From Geosiphon pyriformis uo1 (lineage: Eukaryota > Fungi > Glomeromycota), in assembly GCA_016748015.1 (NCBI GenBank), contig JAAOMT010000283.1, positions 66,108 through 130,107 on the forward strand: a stretch of DNA of 64,000 nucleotides. Reading direction: 5' to 3'. Both the position numbers and the translations under genes were made by a program. Under the pieces are notes generated by a model. That model ran no database searches. It had not been told where the DNA came from and worked only from the letters and a program-made list of their open reading frames with translations. Positions 20,952 through 35,106 of this stretch are shown piece after piece; position 1 is the stretch's first letter; each line of letters starts with the position of its first letter.

Positions 20952-23168
20952 CCACCTAATACAATATATCAAACTAAGTAGTCTAAACTAAGTGCTAATT
21001 ATGTATTTTCTACATATAATTAGTTATTTAGACCAATCAAAAATACATTATGCTAAAGTCTTAAAAGAAAACTTACCTAAAGAAGACATTTTTTGAACAA
21101 TTTTAAACAATATAGTATTATTACTAACCAATTCAACCAGCTACTCAGCCATTTTAAAAGCATCAGTCTTTACAGCAGCAGATTCATGTTCTCAAAACAA
21201 CATCAAATTAGAAAACACTTTATTATCCAAACCAACTGTGTGTTTTGAATTACCAAACATATTAATATCTTTTATACAATACTCTTTTTTTAAAGAAACC
21301 ACTTTTTTTTCCAACTTACCAACCATTTTACTAAAAGAACTCATATGCACCAAAATTTTATTAACTTTAAGACCAAGTTTACTGCTTGAAACCAAATTTC
21401 CATTAATAAACTGTTCAAACAATTTGACCAAAAAACTAACTGGTTTAATAATAGATTTAACTAAAACAGAAAGCTTGACCAAATCAGACTTTAAAAAAGC
21501 CAACTGAGAGAACACCAAGAGATTGCCAATAATTATAAAAGGAGAAACAAAAGCTGCCAAAAAAGAAAACTCAAAAAAATTCAAGAAAGCAAAAGTTTTT
21601 ACATAAGAAACACCACTCACAAAATGTGTTTTAAACACTTTAAGAGCTTTAAAAGAAGGAAGTGAAGAGATTTTGCAGTTCATAACCAAATAACCCACTT
21701 TTTGACACTTAAAACAACATTGACAACCAGGAGTTTTTTACCAAATATGGCATTTTTTTAGAGTACCAGTCTTGACAACTGCAGAGTTTAAATTAATTTG
21801 AGAACCAAATATAACCAGAGCAAACCAAAAACATTAACCAAAATTAGATAAATAAGGAATGAAACAAGTTCAGCCACCAACTTGGAAGATTATATCACTG
21901 ATTTTAAAGACAGTGCAGCCAGAAAAAAAATAAACCAACTTGGTCTTGAACCAATTACAAGACAAAATTGTTTTATTTTAATTAACAAGAAGAAAAATCC
22001 AAACACTATCTTTGCCCATTAAAACCAACCAATGAGTAAGAGCAGATGCTGCAGCATTCAATCCTTTAAAGTAAACAATCACATATTGCCAAATACCAGC
22101 AGACTTTAGTATAACATAAGAAACTTTACCAAAAACACCAAAAGCTGATTTAATATTAGCAGCTGACACATCTAAAGATATGTTATATAGTGTAACAGCA
22201 ACAGAAAAAGAACCAGACTTAGAAACTACCAAAAACTTGACAATTTTAAGAGTGGCTAGACAAACAAAGCTTGTAAACTCAACCAAAAATACAGCATCCA
22301 AAGAACTTTAAGAAGCAAACTTTACATAAAAAAGCTTTATATTGTCCTTAAAAACAGATTTTACACCCAAGAAACCATGTATAGACTGAAAAACAGTTTT
22401 AATATAAGCCAATTTGATTTTGAAAGTAGCACCAGGCACCAAAGTAGAGGCCACCCACCCAGCAAATCTTTGACAACTAGTAATAGTTTTTCAAACATTA
22501 CCAACAACAGCACCAAAAATCAAAGAAAGAGATAATTCAGTTTTCATTTGATCAGTCCAGTTCTTAAGAACAACCACAGGAGATAATTGTTTTGCTTCTA
22601 AAACTGACAATAATCTGTCAAAAAACACTATATTTGGTAACATAGCCAGTGGTTAATCTTGGCCCATCTTAAATAATATGCCAGATAATACTATGGAGAT
22701 CTTACCTAAAATTTCATTGAGAACTACAAAGAGATTCAGTGTAACAATAGCAAAGGCAAGTAACTGTTCTCATTTTTTTGAATTTTTGGTTTTTTTGATC
22801 ATTTTTTTTGAAAATATGGTGCTAACAGCACCAGATGTTAAAGCTAAAGAGGGGAAGATTAGCTTGTTTACTAGTCTATTATTAAAAACTTTTGGGCTCT
22901 TAGTTGAAATGAAGACAACACTAAGATTAATCCAAATGTGTCTCTTTAAGAGAATTTTGACTGGTGAAAAACCAGCCAAAGAAGAAAAAGTTGCTTTAAT
23001 AGTCATCAAAGGCAGCTTTTCACAATTATTAGATAAAAAGAAGACCTTCAAAACATTCTGTCTGGTTGCTTCTACAACAAAGAGAGCTTTTTTGATTGAA
23101 ATCTTATTAGATATCTCAGAAAAGATATTAAATACAGCTTTTTTACTCTTTGCTCTGGTCATAGTCAT
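20952..23168 (-). mobile_element. LINE-derived ORF1-only element (decayed); its 3' tail continues at 10805-10843 beyond element 1
   Basis: Starts MTMTRAKSKK at 23168; RRM-like segments and a CFKCQKVGYLVMNC knuckle (~21680-21720). Its stop at ~21050 is followed directly by a 3' UTR homologous to the LINE tail at 23748-23884, with poly(A) at 10805-10813. Confidence 0.7.
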
Positions 23169-26100
23169 AAAATTAAGGAGACAAAGAGTTTTTTTATTGT
23201 ATAATAAGAAATTATATATTTATATTATGATAAAATTGAGATTTCAGATTTTTTTGTATAATAAATTTAAGTTTTTATAAGAAATTATTAAAACTATATA
23301 CTGTTTTATAAAAATTTTTATGCAGTTTAAATTAATTTTTATTATGTGTTTTATAATTATTATTATCTTATAAGTTTAATATTAGTGTTTATATAGCATT
23401 AAACAAAAATTATATGTTTAAAAATTAATACATAAAAACTTTTTTTATTTTTAAGAATTTTAAATTAATAATTAAAAAAGTTGTAAAATTTGGATATGTT
23501 TCATTATAATAAAATTCGGATAATTTAATTTAAATATAAAATAATTAAGAAAAAAATAATTTAATATTTTAAGATAATTTTTTGTTTTTTATTGTTTGTA
23601 ATTTTGTGTTTACTGTTAAATTACTAAAAATTATTAAGTTATTTGGTATTTATTTTAATATATATAAGTTATGTTTTTTTTATAAATATATAATATTATC
23701 TTAATTAGCTTAAGTAACTAGTTATATATAAAAAGATATGATTTATACTTTTTTTTTATTACAAGTTTTTATGAGTAAAATCCAACTGCTATCTAGTACA
23801 TAGATCTAAACTAAGTGGTTCAAATTAAATGCAACTTATGTATTTATTACATATGACCAGCCATTCAGACCAAATAAAATTACACTATATGTTTATATCA
23901 ACAAATATAACACTACTTAAACCAGAAAAAAATAACATATTTTTTTTCTACCAAAGCTAATAGTGAAAGATTTTACAATACCAAGCATATAAATCACTCT
24001 ATCTAATAACATAGACACTATACTGTGAAACAAACCCAAAATCAAATTATTATCTTTAACCAAATTAGTCTTTTCTATATCTATTCTGTATTTGGACTGA
24101 ATAAATTATATCTTAATGTAATACAACTCTATCACAAACTTAATATACTTAACAAAAACTAAGCAGTTTTCTCTGTTTTATCAAAAACCAAAGCAGTCTT
24201 AGCATATTAATTTCTTAACACAAAATCTTTGCAAATTGCAATATACAAATCTATGTTCAAAGAACACATTAACAGCAAATATAGAATGACAAAAGTAAGT
24301 AAGCAAAAAAAACTAGTCAATAATACCTATTTTTTAGCAGTCTCAATTAAAGTGTTTTTATGAAAACTAATGTTATTAGGACAGATAAAAACATAGTCAG
24401 ACAACATTATATTACCACACAGTAAACACAGCATTTTAGAATAACTCTTGTCATACAATCTTTTTTTAATTACTACTAACAACTGTCTATAAACCACTTT
24501 TATTAAATACATATACAAATTAACTGAAATCTTACTAGTATATTCAGAAAGCATATACAAGTTAGGATGCCAGATCTTCATAGTAATAGTTTAATTTATT
24601 TTCTTAATCATAATACTTGAAATTATGTTATAACCAAAACCAGTCTCTCAATGAACACAACAAATTGACTGGTACAGATTATGAATAAAATAATAAGTAT
24701 TACCAGATACAGCTGTATTCTTAGTCACCAAAAACTTTTCCTGAACTCTAATTAAAAAAAAAAGTGGTCTCATCAGTCAATACATTAGTCTTAATATTGC
24801 CCAGAATCTCTAAATGTTTTTTAATCTTTATCTACTTAACCAAAATGTTTTTATTCTTAATAAGATTGGCTATATGTAATCTTTTTATCCAATATTGATT
24901 GTAAAAGTCAGATACAGCACATGAAGCCTCAGAAACACAAGTATTAATTGCAAATTGGCTGTCCAAATACAGAATCACAACACATAAAGATGAAACACAC
25001 TCCAAAACCAAAACAACAGCTTGTAACTTAGCCAAAGTAAAAAACAAAAGTTTTTTTACCCACATCTGTAGCTAAAAAGTAAGCAACTGTATCACATATT
25101 ATCTTAGCAGAACCAGTATTTTTTAAGAATTCATTTATATAAACCTTAATGCAATCTGACCAAACCTTCAGTAGACTACCATGTATTTTAAAGAACTTCT
25201 TAGATTTCAAGATATTTAGCACAGATAATTCAGAAACAACAGCAGACTCAATCCTCAAAGAAATATATTTGCACATAAATTTGGATACTAATATAAACCA
25301 GTAAGGAACAAAACCCCTTGAATTCAATTTTTTTTACCATTGAAACTTTTTCCAGTTTATTATTTTCTCTTTTTTGTTCACAAGTTTGTTATCAAACATA
25401 ACACTAAACTGCTTCAAAAAAAAACAGAATCATAAAATAAGAGTTGTTTTAAGATACTAGATCTTGAAAATCTATCAGATTTATAAAAAGCATTAAGCAA
25501 ATTGTTTGCCAAAAATAATTTATTTTCCAAAAAAATTTTTACTACTCCAGCCAAAAAATTATTTACTGAACTGATGTACAACTTAACAGGAAACTGTAAA
25601 GAATTCAAAAAAAATCATCTAAGAATTTGCAAATCCAAAAACTTATGTTCAAATAAATGCCTAAGAATACCATAGGCATTAGAAAAGAAAACCAAAGAAG
25701 CCAACTTCTCTTCAAATTGCACTTGCTTAAAAAGTTTCAAATCATATAAAAATAAATAATGTAAAATCTTATTGGAAAAGTTATATAATAAATTAGTCTT
25801 GGTCTTAAGATTCTTTTTGATTATTACATTTCACTTGTAACATTATTACAGATAATTATTTGGGGTCTTGAATCAAATAATAAATTCGTAATTTGGTGCT
25901 CAATAACTAATATGATTAATAATATTTAAAGGTTTTAATGATCTGAAGATTTTGATGATTTAAAGATTTTGGGTTGAAGTTTTTTATATAATAAACAGAA
26001 ATTCAGTTGTTGTTTTAATAGTTTTTTGGAATCATAATTCCATTAAATTTTTTTCTCAGCATAGTGGCCAGTAATCTGACAGAGATGCTCTTCTGATAAG

Positions 26101-29100
26101 CTATCTTTAAATTCTTAAATTCTTAAATTCTCAAACTCTATACTTTTCCTTTGGAGTCTTTTACCAGACTATTCTTGACATTAATTATTTAGTGCTTAAT
26201 TCTTTAATCAATTAGTAAACAACAAGAAATAACAAAAGAAAGAAAATAAAATAAAAGAAAATAAAGAAATAAGCCAAGACAATGAATGTTAGTATCTCAT
26301 TAATAGCTGTGATCAAGAGTTATTGTTCTAGTGTAATTAAGTATTGGCTGCTATCAACATGAAATGTTAATAGTAAAAAGTAGATTGATATAGCAAATAA
26401 TTATTTATTGATATTTGTGAATAGAAAGGTTACTTAGATAAAAATCTAAACTAAAAGATCTGTTTTTTCTACTTTTAATGCTACTATTATATATACATAA
26501 TTAAAATTCCTTAATTCCTTAATTTTTATGCCAAAAATCCTGAAATTCCTAGAATCCTACAATTTCTTTGAAAGAAATTTTGGAATTCTGGAATCTTGTA
26601 ATTTTTTATATGAGAATTCTAAAATTTCTGGAATTTTGCAATTCCTCTGAGAAAAATCCTGGAATTCCACATTTACTATGTTTACTTCTGATTGGCTACT
26701 TTATATATTAATATACTTCCTATATATTCTATAAGTAACATTATTCTCTTTTTTTAATATTGAGCTCTGTCGAGATTTCTTAATTTTAATTCTCTGTCTT
26801 TAAGTATTTTTTGAACTTTTTTTTTGAGAATTACTTGTGTTATCTTGTTCTGTAATTCTTTAAATTGGGCATTGGTTATTTTTCTCATTTGGTTAATGGA
26901 AATAGTGTCCATTAGTAGATTGAGTAAGATTTCTGGTCAGTCTTAAAATTCAATTTGTAATTAATATATAACTTGTGCTTGTGTGATTAGATTGTTCTTT
27001 TCCACAAATTGCTCAAGTTGTTATAATATTTCTGGATTAAATAATTGCTTTGTCTTATCTGTATATAAGTTTTGAATATTTAGATGTTGTTTCAAGTGGA
27101 AATAACAAAAGTTTTTTGAAAATTCTTGTATTTACTATTTCTAAGTTTCTTTGGTTAATTTTTAATATGAAATGATACTTGTTGGCTCTTCTATTGCCAA
27201 TTTTATTTTTAAAATTATTTTGTTAACAATGTTTTTTGGTTTCCTCTGTACTTTGTATTAGGATATTTTTCTGGTATTTTTGTATCAAATGGTTTGTTAG
27301 TTGATAGTAATTTTCATATTTTATTGTTAAATTAATTGAAAGAGTTGTTGTGTTAATGAGTGAATCTTGTCAGTAATTTCCATTTTCTAATATCTTTTAT
27401 TGTGTCTACCATGTTTTTATATATTCTTTTTGGTCAATCAATTTAATGTGTCTGTATTGATAATGATAATTGGTTCTAGATCTTGTAGAATCTTATCTAG
27501 TCAGATTAGTATTCTTTATACTTTCAATTGTAGAATATTACTGATAGATAATAATGCTATATTGTGATATAGTTTTAGTTGATCTCTATGTGTTGGTTTG
27601 GTTAAAATTTTGTTGTTTAATCTTAATTTATAAGCTCTATTTTCTAAACTTTCTTTTATGTGAAATGATCTATTTTATTTGGGGTCAAATTTTCCACTTC
27701 ATTGTTTTTCTACTTTGGTATAATGTAAAAGTACTTTGTCTTCTATCTTGAATTTAACTGGTTTATCTGGTAGTTAGTTATTGTGTTTTTTTTTTGTTTT
27801 TTTTGTGATTTTTGAATGTTATCAGCTGCTTTTTGCCATTTGTTTTTTAGTGTTTCTATTAATTTATATGTTTTTCTTAACAATGTTTCTTAGAAATTGT
27901 CTTCTGTTATTGGTTCAGTTGAATATGTGCCAACTTCTATTTCCACTAGTAATGTTGCTGTTCTATTGTACACTAATTCAAATAGTGTTGCTTGTGTAGT
28001 GTCTTGTTTTATTGTTCAATAAGCAAATAATACTGTATAAACAAATTCCATTTATCTTGATTTTTTTGGCTGATTTTGGCAATTGCTTCACACAATGTTC
28101 TATTGAATTGTTCAACCAAATCATTTGTTTGTGGATGGTATGGTAACAATAATGGTCTTTTAATTCCAAATCTTTGACTTAATTCTGCTAGTGTTTTGTT
28201 TATGAAGTAAGTTCCTTAATCTGATAGCAATTTCTTTGAACATTTATGCTGGCAAATTAGATCTTGATGAACAAATTTGGCAATGGATTTTGCATCTGCT
28301 CTTTGAATGGCTTTTGCTTTTGGTTACTTTGTAAGATAATTCATGGTTATTGTGATATATCTGTTTTTTTGGCTGGTTATTGTTAATAATTTGACTAAGT
28401 TAATCACAATATGATTGAATAGTTGTTTTACTTTGATTGGTTTTAATGGTTTGCTAAGTCTTGTTCCTCCTCTTTTCTAATAAGCATTACAATTTTGCAC
28501 ATATTAGATGATGTCTGGATACATAAATGACCAGTAGTATCTTTTTCTGATTCTTTTTATTGTTGTTTCTTTGTAAAAGTGTCCTGCTGTTGGATCTGAA
28601 TGCATGTTAAACAGTATTGTCTCTTTTTCTGACTCTGTGATTACTCTGGTTAGTTGATCTGGATCTTTTTGATTCTTTTGGTAAAGTATACTTTGATAAT
28701 TGATAAAATATTTTGATTGTTGTTTTATGCTGTTTTGTTCTTTTTGAAATAATTTTTTCTTGAACTGTTGAGTATTTATATAATGCTGGAGTTGTTAATA
28801 TTTTTGTGTGTTCATTTTTTTATTATATTTTTGTGTTGCAATGTTCGAATTTTGTTATATTTTTGGGTTAAAATGTTCAGATTTGTTTCATTTACAACAA
28901 ACTGTTAGTATTCCTATTCTTTTTTCCTTTTTTATAGTATACTGTAAAAGTGTATGATAACAGTGCTATTTTCTATCTTGCATGTCAATTGTCTCCAAAT
29001 TTTTGTTTCTGTATTAAAGTATGTACTTCAAATTTTTAACTTAAGTATTTTTTCTATTTTATAACAGTCCAATAAATTGCTAAGTGTTTTAGTGTTAATG

Positions 29101-32100
29101 TTCTATAGTTCTTTTTGGCTGACATATGCTACTGGATGTTCTCTTCTATCTGGTTCTTTTTGTAATAGTATGGCTCCTAATGCTTGACCTGATGTATTGG
29201 TAGTAATGATAAATGGTTTACTATAATTTGGATAGATCAGTATTGAAGCTTAAATGAGCTTTTTTCTTAGTGTGTTGAAAGTTTTTTGTTGTGTTTTGGT
29301 CCATTCATATTTAACATTCTTGGTTTGTAGATAATGCAGTAGTTGAACCAGTTTGGAAAAGTTCTTGATAAAGCAATAATAGTATTCTGTGAATCTTAAA
29401 AATACTTATAACTCAGTCAAGTTGATGAGTACTAAAAACAACTTTACTACTTTAATTTTATCTGAATTTGTTTTAATGTCCTTCTTGCTTACAACATATT
29501 CCAAAAACTTGAGTTTTGTCTTGCCAAAAAAACACTTGGTTGCATTTAGTTTCAATTCTGCTCTTCTCAGTCTTTTAAACACTTGCTGAAAATGATAAAG
29601 ATGATTATTGAATGTTTTTAAAAACACATTGGTATTGTCTAAATACACAACTACTGATTTCCATAGCAGTCCAATGTAAATAATTTCCATTAGCCATTGG
29701 AATGTGGCTGGTGTATTGGTTAAGCCAAATGGCATTACTTCAAATTCAAAATTCCCTTTTCTTGTAGTGAATGCCATCTTTTCCTTATCTTTTGGATTTA
29801 TGGCTATTTGCCAGTAACTATTATCTAGATTTAATGTTGAAAACCATTTTTTTTCTTTGAAAGCATTGAATAATTTCTAAATTCATGAAGTTGGATAACT
29901 GTCTTTACAAGTTACACTATTGAGTTTTCTGTAATTCACACAAAAGCAAATTTTTCTATTTTTTTTATAGACTAGTATTATTAGTAATAATCATGGGCTT
30001 ATTGATAACTGAATTAGCCTGTTGTCAAGCATCCAATTGATTTTTTGATGAATGATCTTATGGCTGGTTAGTGGTATTTGGTATGTTCTTTGTTTGATTG
30101 GCATTGTATCTCCAGTTTTAATCTGATACTAAATTATGTCAGTTTAGCCAAATTTATTTTCACTTGCAAAAATGTTGGTAAAGTTGTTAAGTAATATTTT
30201 AAGTTGCATATGTTGGAATGGATCTAAGTTTTCCATGTTTATTTGTTCTAATTGTTTTGATTGAAACAAATAATATTTATTTCATTCATAAATGATTTGT
30301 GATGTTATGTCAATGTATCCACACAATTGTGGAAAATCTGAAATGTGGTTTGGTGGATGGTTTTCAATTTTGGTGGTTAAATATCCAATGTTGGTTTCTT
30401 TTGGTATTTCAATAATATTTTTCGTGTTGTTATAAATAGAAATTTTAATGTGATTATGGTTCTTGACTGGTATGTGTAAATTGACTAATCCAATCTTTTC
30501 TGATTCGTTCCACTTCAAAAATTTGTGCTTGATCTTTTACTTTTCTTTCTATTACTAACATATGTCTATTATATAGTGAAATAGAAATTGCTTAATAGAT
30601 GGAAATAATTTCTTCTTTGTCAACAATTTTTTTTTCTGTTATGTTAACTGGTATATTTATTCTTTTTGTTGATCTAAATCCACTAATTTTTCTAGCTGTA
30701 ATCCCTAATTTTTCTTTGTTTTCCACTAATACTAACTGAGCTATTTTAACCAGAGGCAGAAATATTGCCTGTGCTATCTTTTTGTTTGTGTCAATAATAT
30801 AGGCCTTTTTTAAGTTATTTTATAACATTGCAATGATATTTTTTACATATCCTGTATTAATTATTCCTCCTCTAATGTTGATTCTCTTTTTCACTAAACT
30901 ATTCTTAAATACTAATTGAACTATAGTTGTTGCTAAGATTTTTAAGACTACTTTCAGATTAATACAGATGTGCAAATATGGTTCTAATTTTATGGCTTTT
31001 TTTCTGGAATATCTCAGATTAAACTTTGTATTAATATTATACACATGTTTAGACATAATACTTTTATCATTATTACTGAACCATTTAAGTTCCTGTTTCT
31101 TAGAAAGGTCAAGAAATGCGATATATTGTTTTAAGTTTGAATTGAAGTCTAAATCATTGTTATTTTTATTGCTGTTTTGAATGAAGCTAGAACCATTATT
31201 TTTATTGTCATTGTTGTTAGAGTTTGAATTGGAATTGAATGTCGATTCCAATTTTGATGTACAGCTGCTAATTAGTTCTTCTTCCTTTGGAATTGTGTAA
31301 ATTATGCATGGTGGTAAATTGTAATTAAGGTCATATTCATTACAATATTGGAAGTCACATGAAATCAAACAGTGGTTACATAATTGAGTGTTTATTTCTT
31401 TCAAGCACTGTTTTTGTTCTTTTTTTATTGGTACCAGATTCTGGTAATGTTTGTGAAATTTTTCTGAACTGGCTTCAATGTTAAGAAAAGTATCTGGGTT
31501 AGAAATAAGGAAAGTTTTGACTGATTCTAGTGGGTTATTTTTAACCTCCAATATTTTGCTGGGCAAAACACCTTCAACTTTGACACTTGTCATTCTTCAG
31601 ATTTTGTCCTTGTCATGTGAATAGCCATCCAGACATGTTAAAACATGATTTCATGTGGCATTGAAGAATGTTTTATGACTGACACAGTTACTAATAAGCA
31701 TCATGTATTGGCATAAGGCATCACATGTTCTTCTTTGACCAAGAATGTTGTTTCATATTTTTTCATTGAGTAACTGTTTCTTATAAGCAAAACATGGTTC
31801 ATTGTTTTACTTGTCTTGTTATTTGGGGTATTCATAGTATTTTCTGTAATATGGTTTGCAGTAGTAATGAGTATGTATCCAATAATCTTTATTAAGTGTA
31901 ATTTATGCTCTCATAGAGAACAGCTTTTTCTTGCAATTTTTGAATTTGAGTGGTATATGTGATGGCTCTTTTATGGTTTTATGTGAATATGATTTTTTTC
32001 AGTCACTAGTTATCTCCTTTGTAGCCATAATTTCTTCAGGTTTATTCTCTTTTTTTTTTTTCTTTGTCATCCTAAGTTAAAATTGACAGTAGCTTATTGT

Positions 32101-35100
32101 GGTTATTGTTGGCCCAGGAAACTTAGTAAGTTTCTCAGATAGGTTTTTTCTTTTCTTCTTTGAACTTGATTAGTGGTACTGGTGTTATTATAGATTTAAA
32201 GTAACTACAGATGGCTGGTATTTGCATGTGCTAGCCATTTTGGCTGAGTTGTAATTCTTGGGTGGTCCAATTAAGTACAGTGTTAATTTTAACTAGCCAA
32301 TCATTACCAACTAGTGTTTAATATTGTGTAGCTTCTATTACTAAGACTTTGATTAGTATTATGATGCCATTGATTTTGAAGAAGTCATTAATTTCACCAA
32401 TTGGAGTTTTCATCACTCTATTAATGGTGATTATTCAGGTGCTGGCAGCATGATTAACTCGGCAACCTAATTGGTTCATGAGTTGTCATGTGATAATGCT
32501 GTCTACTAAACTGCTGTCTAAAATAAGTTTGATGAGATAACTATTAACTGTGGCATCAGTATACATTGCTGTAATAAGTTTAGTGTTGAAAACAGCTCTA
32601 CTAAATAATGAGACTAATGTGGTTTTTTCAAGCTCAAAAGAGAATATGATGACAAGTGTTTTATCTTTAATACTGATTGCTAATGGAATATTGCTAGTAA
32701 GTAATTGCTGTGATTTGAATTCTGAGTTGTTGAATTGTGTGTCTTTTGGAGTTACTAAGAGACTCAAATAGTTATGAGAATTTGGGTTTTAAAAGTAACT
32801 GGTTCTTGAACTCTGCTGTTATAATCTTAATGGTTGGTTGAAAGAGCTGGGGATTAGTTGATAGACAATTATTGCTAATCTCCAGTTTTAAGTGACTCTT
32901 GATTTGGAATTTTCTGATGTTATCTGAGCTGAGTTTAATGGCAGTAATGGAATTACTGGTGTTTAATAAATTATTGGTTATTGTGATGATTGATAAATTA
33001 TGGGTAATGCCAGTTGATAAATTGGCCATGTCATCTGTACATAATGTGGTTGAGTTTGGTATTGTTTGTGTGTTTAATAATTATCATAATTCTGAATTGG
33101 AAATTGGTAATCAGAATTTTGATACTGATTTTTCAATTGTTGGTCACTTATTCTTTTGTGACATTTGAATTGCAAATGTTTTTGTTTACCACAATAATGG
33201 CAGATATGCATCTTTTGCTGCCATGATGGTCATGTTGATGTTGAGTGTGATTGATTTTGGTGCTAATTAATAGTTTTGGAATTGTTGCAATATTGGAGTA
33301 ATTAATATATTGCTTGATTGTTGTTAGCTAAGTATCCCTCTAATTTCTGATTAATTGAATCACTAAATTATTTCAATTTGGAATCCAATTCAAATAATCC
33401 ATTCATTACTAGATTTACAGCTTGGATGTGATTAGCTTTTAATTCAGCAGTTTTAGAATCTCTGACATGAATGACTGCTGCTTGAAGATTGGCTGGATGT
33501 AATAAACATATGCATTACAGAATACTGCTATGTAATTTGCAAATGAACTGATTTAAAATCTGGACTACTGTAAAATAATTGGCATTGATGACTTGAATTT
33601 GGCACAGATTCTTGTGGAAGCATCCTAAGTAAGTGGTGACTGCTTTGGCATCTCTTTGTTTAATAATAGTAAGTGTATTAGCTAAGTGGTTGATGCTGTT
33701 ATTATTACTAAAATATTTTAGGAATTTCTGTTTAAACATGTCAAAGATTTGAGATTTCTGGGCCAAACTCTGATACTAGGAATTGGCAGTGTTTTGAAAA
33801 AAATAAGAAATGGCTTGTAGTGTTCTGGTGTCATTCCATCTGTTGGCTGTGATGGCTTTTTCCATATTGTTAAACCATACTTGAACATCATCCTTTTTGC
33901 CAATAAATTTTTCTATTTTGGCAATTGGAGCATAGGCCATTGGTTGTTGCTGTAGTAGTTGTTGAAGTGATTGTTGTGGTTGTTGTTAAGATGATACTTG
34001 TGACTGTTAAATTAGTTCAGCAATTGATTCAATTAGTGGCTGATTGATTACAATTGCTGGAGATAAGTGTTGTTGATTAATTAATTATATTGGGATTTGA
34101 ATTGTTCTGATTTTTCTGAATTTAAATATTCAGAGTTTCAATTTCTGGGTTTTCTGGAATCAAGTTTTGATAATTAAATTCTCAATCTTTATTTTTTTTC
34201 TCTTTTGATTCCATCACTTTTCAAGGACTTGTGACTCTAAAATCTGGTTAAGATAGTGGTGATTGAAATTCTAATGGTGTTAGTGATTATGATTTAAATC
34301 ATTCAAAATAATTGCCATAGGTTTCTAATAATTCTACTTTCTTTTGTTAACTTTAAAATGAGAGTTAAACTAATGATGATTTCACATTTGAGGTGGATGT
34401 GCCTGATAATGAAATGTTAATAATGCTTCTAAATATATAGTAATATAATAGGTTGGTTGGTGATTCTACTCTTGTTTTTTTTTAAGTGGATGGTTGTATT
34501 CTTTGAAGTGTTACTACTGGTGTTTGTAATTTTTCTTTGTCTTTGTTTGCATAGGTAATTGAATATCTTTGTTGAGTGTGAATTTTAATTTCTCTGTTGA
34601 TTTCAGTGAGAATTGTTGTAAAATTATGATTGGTTAATAGACTGGTATTTTGAATTAATTCATTGTAAAAATTTTTTCTTGCTGAATTGGTTTCTATTGG
34701 TACTTTTAGCAAATATGAGATTCTCTTATTAACATAGAAATTGAAGGCTGATTCTGCTAATAGGTAGTTGTTGGTTAATTCTAAGTGTTGACAGTAGTGT
34801 TGAAATAAGGATTTGGCAAATTCTAAATAGTTTGTCCTTATTCTTTCTGGTTCTGCCACTTTTGGATAGTTGTTGTGGGTGCTGGTTCTTTGTAAGATTA
34901 TATCTCACAAAAAGCACCAAATATTACAGGTGATTATTTGGGATCTTAAATCAAATAACAAATTTGTAACTTGGTGTTCAATAACTAATATGGTTGATGA
35001 TATCTGAAGGTTTTGGGTTGGAGTTCTTTATATAATGGACAGAGATTCAGTTGTTGTTTTAATAGCCTCCCAGAATCGCAATTTCATCAAATTTTTTTTT

Positions 35101-35106
35101 TAGCAT

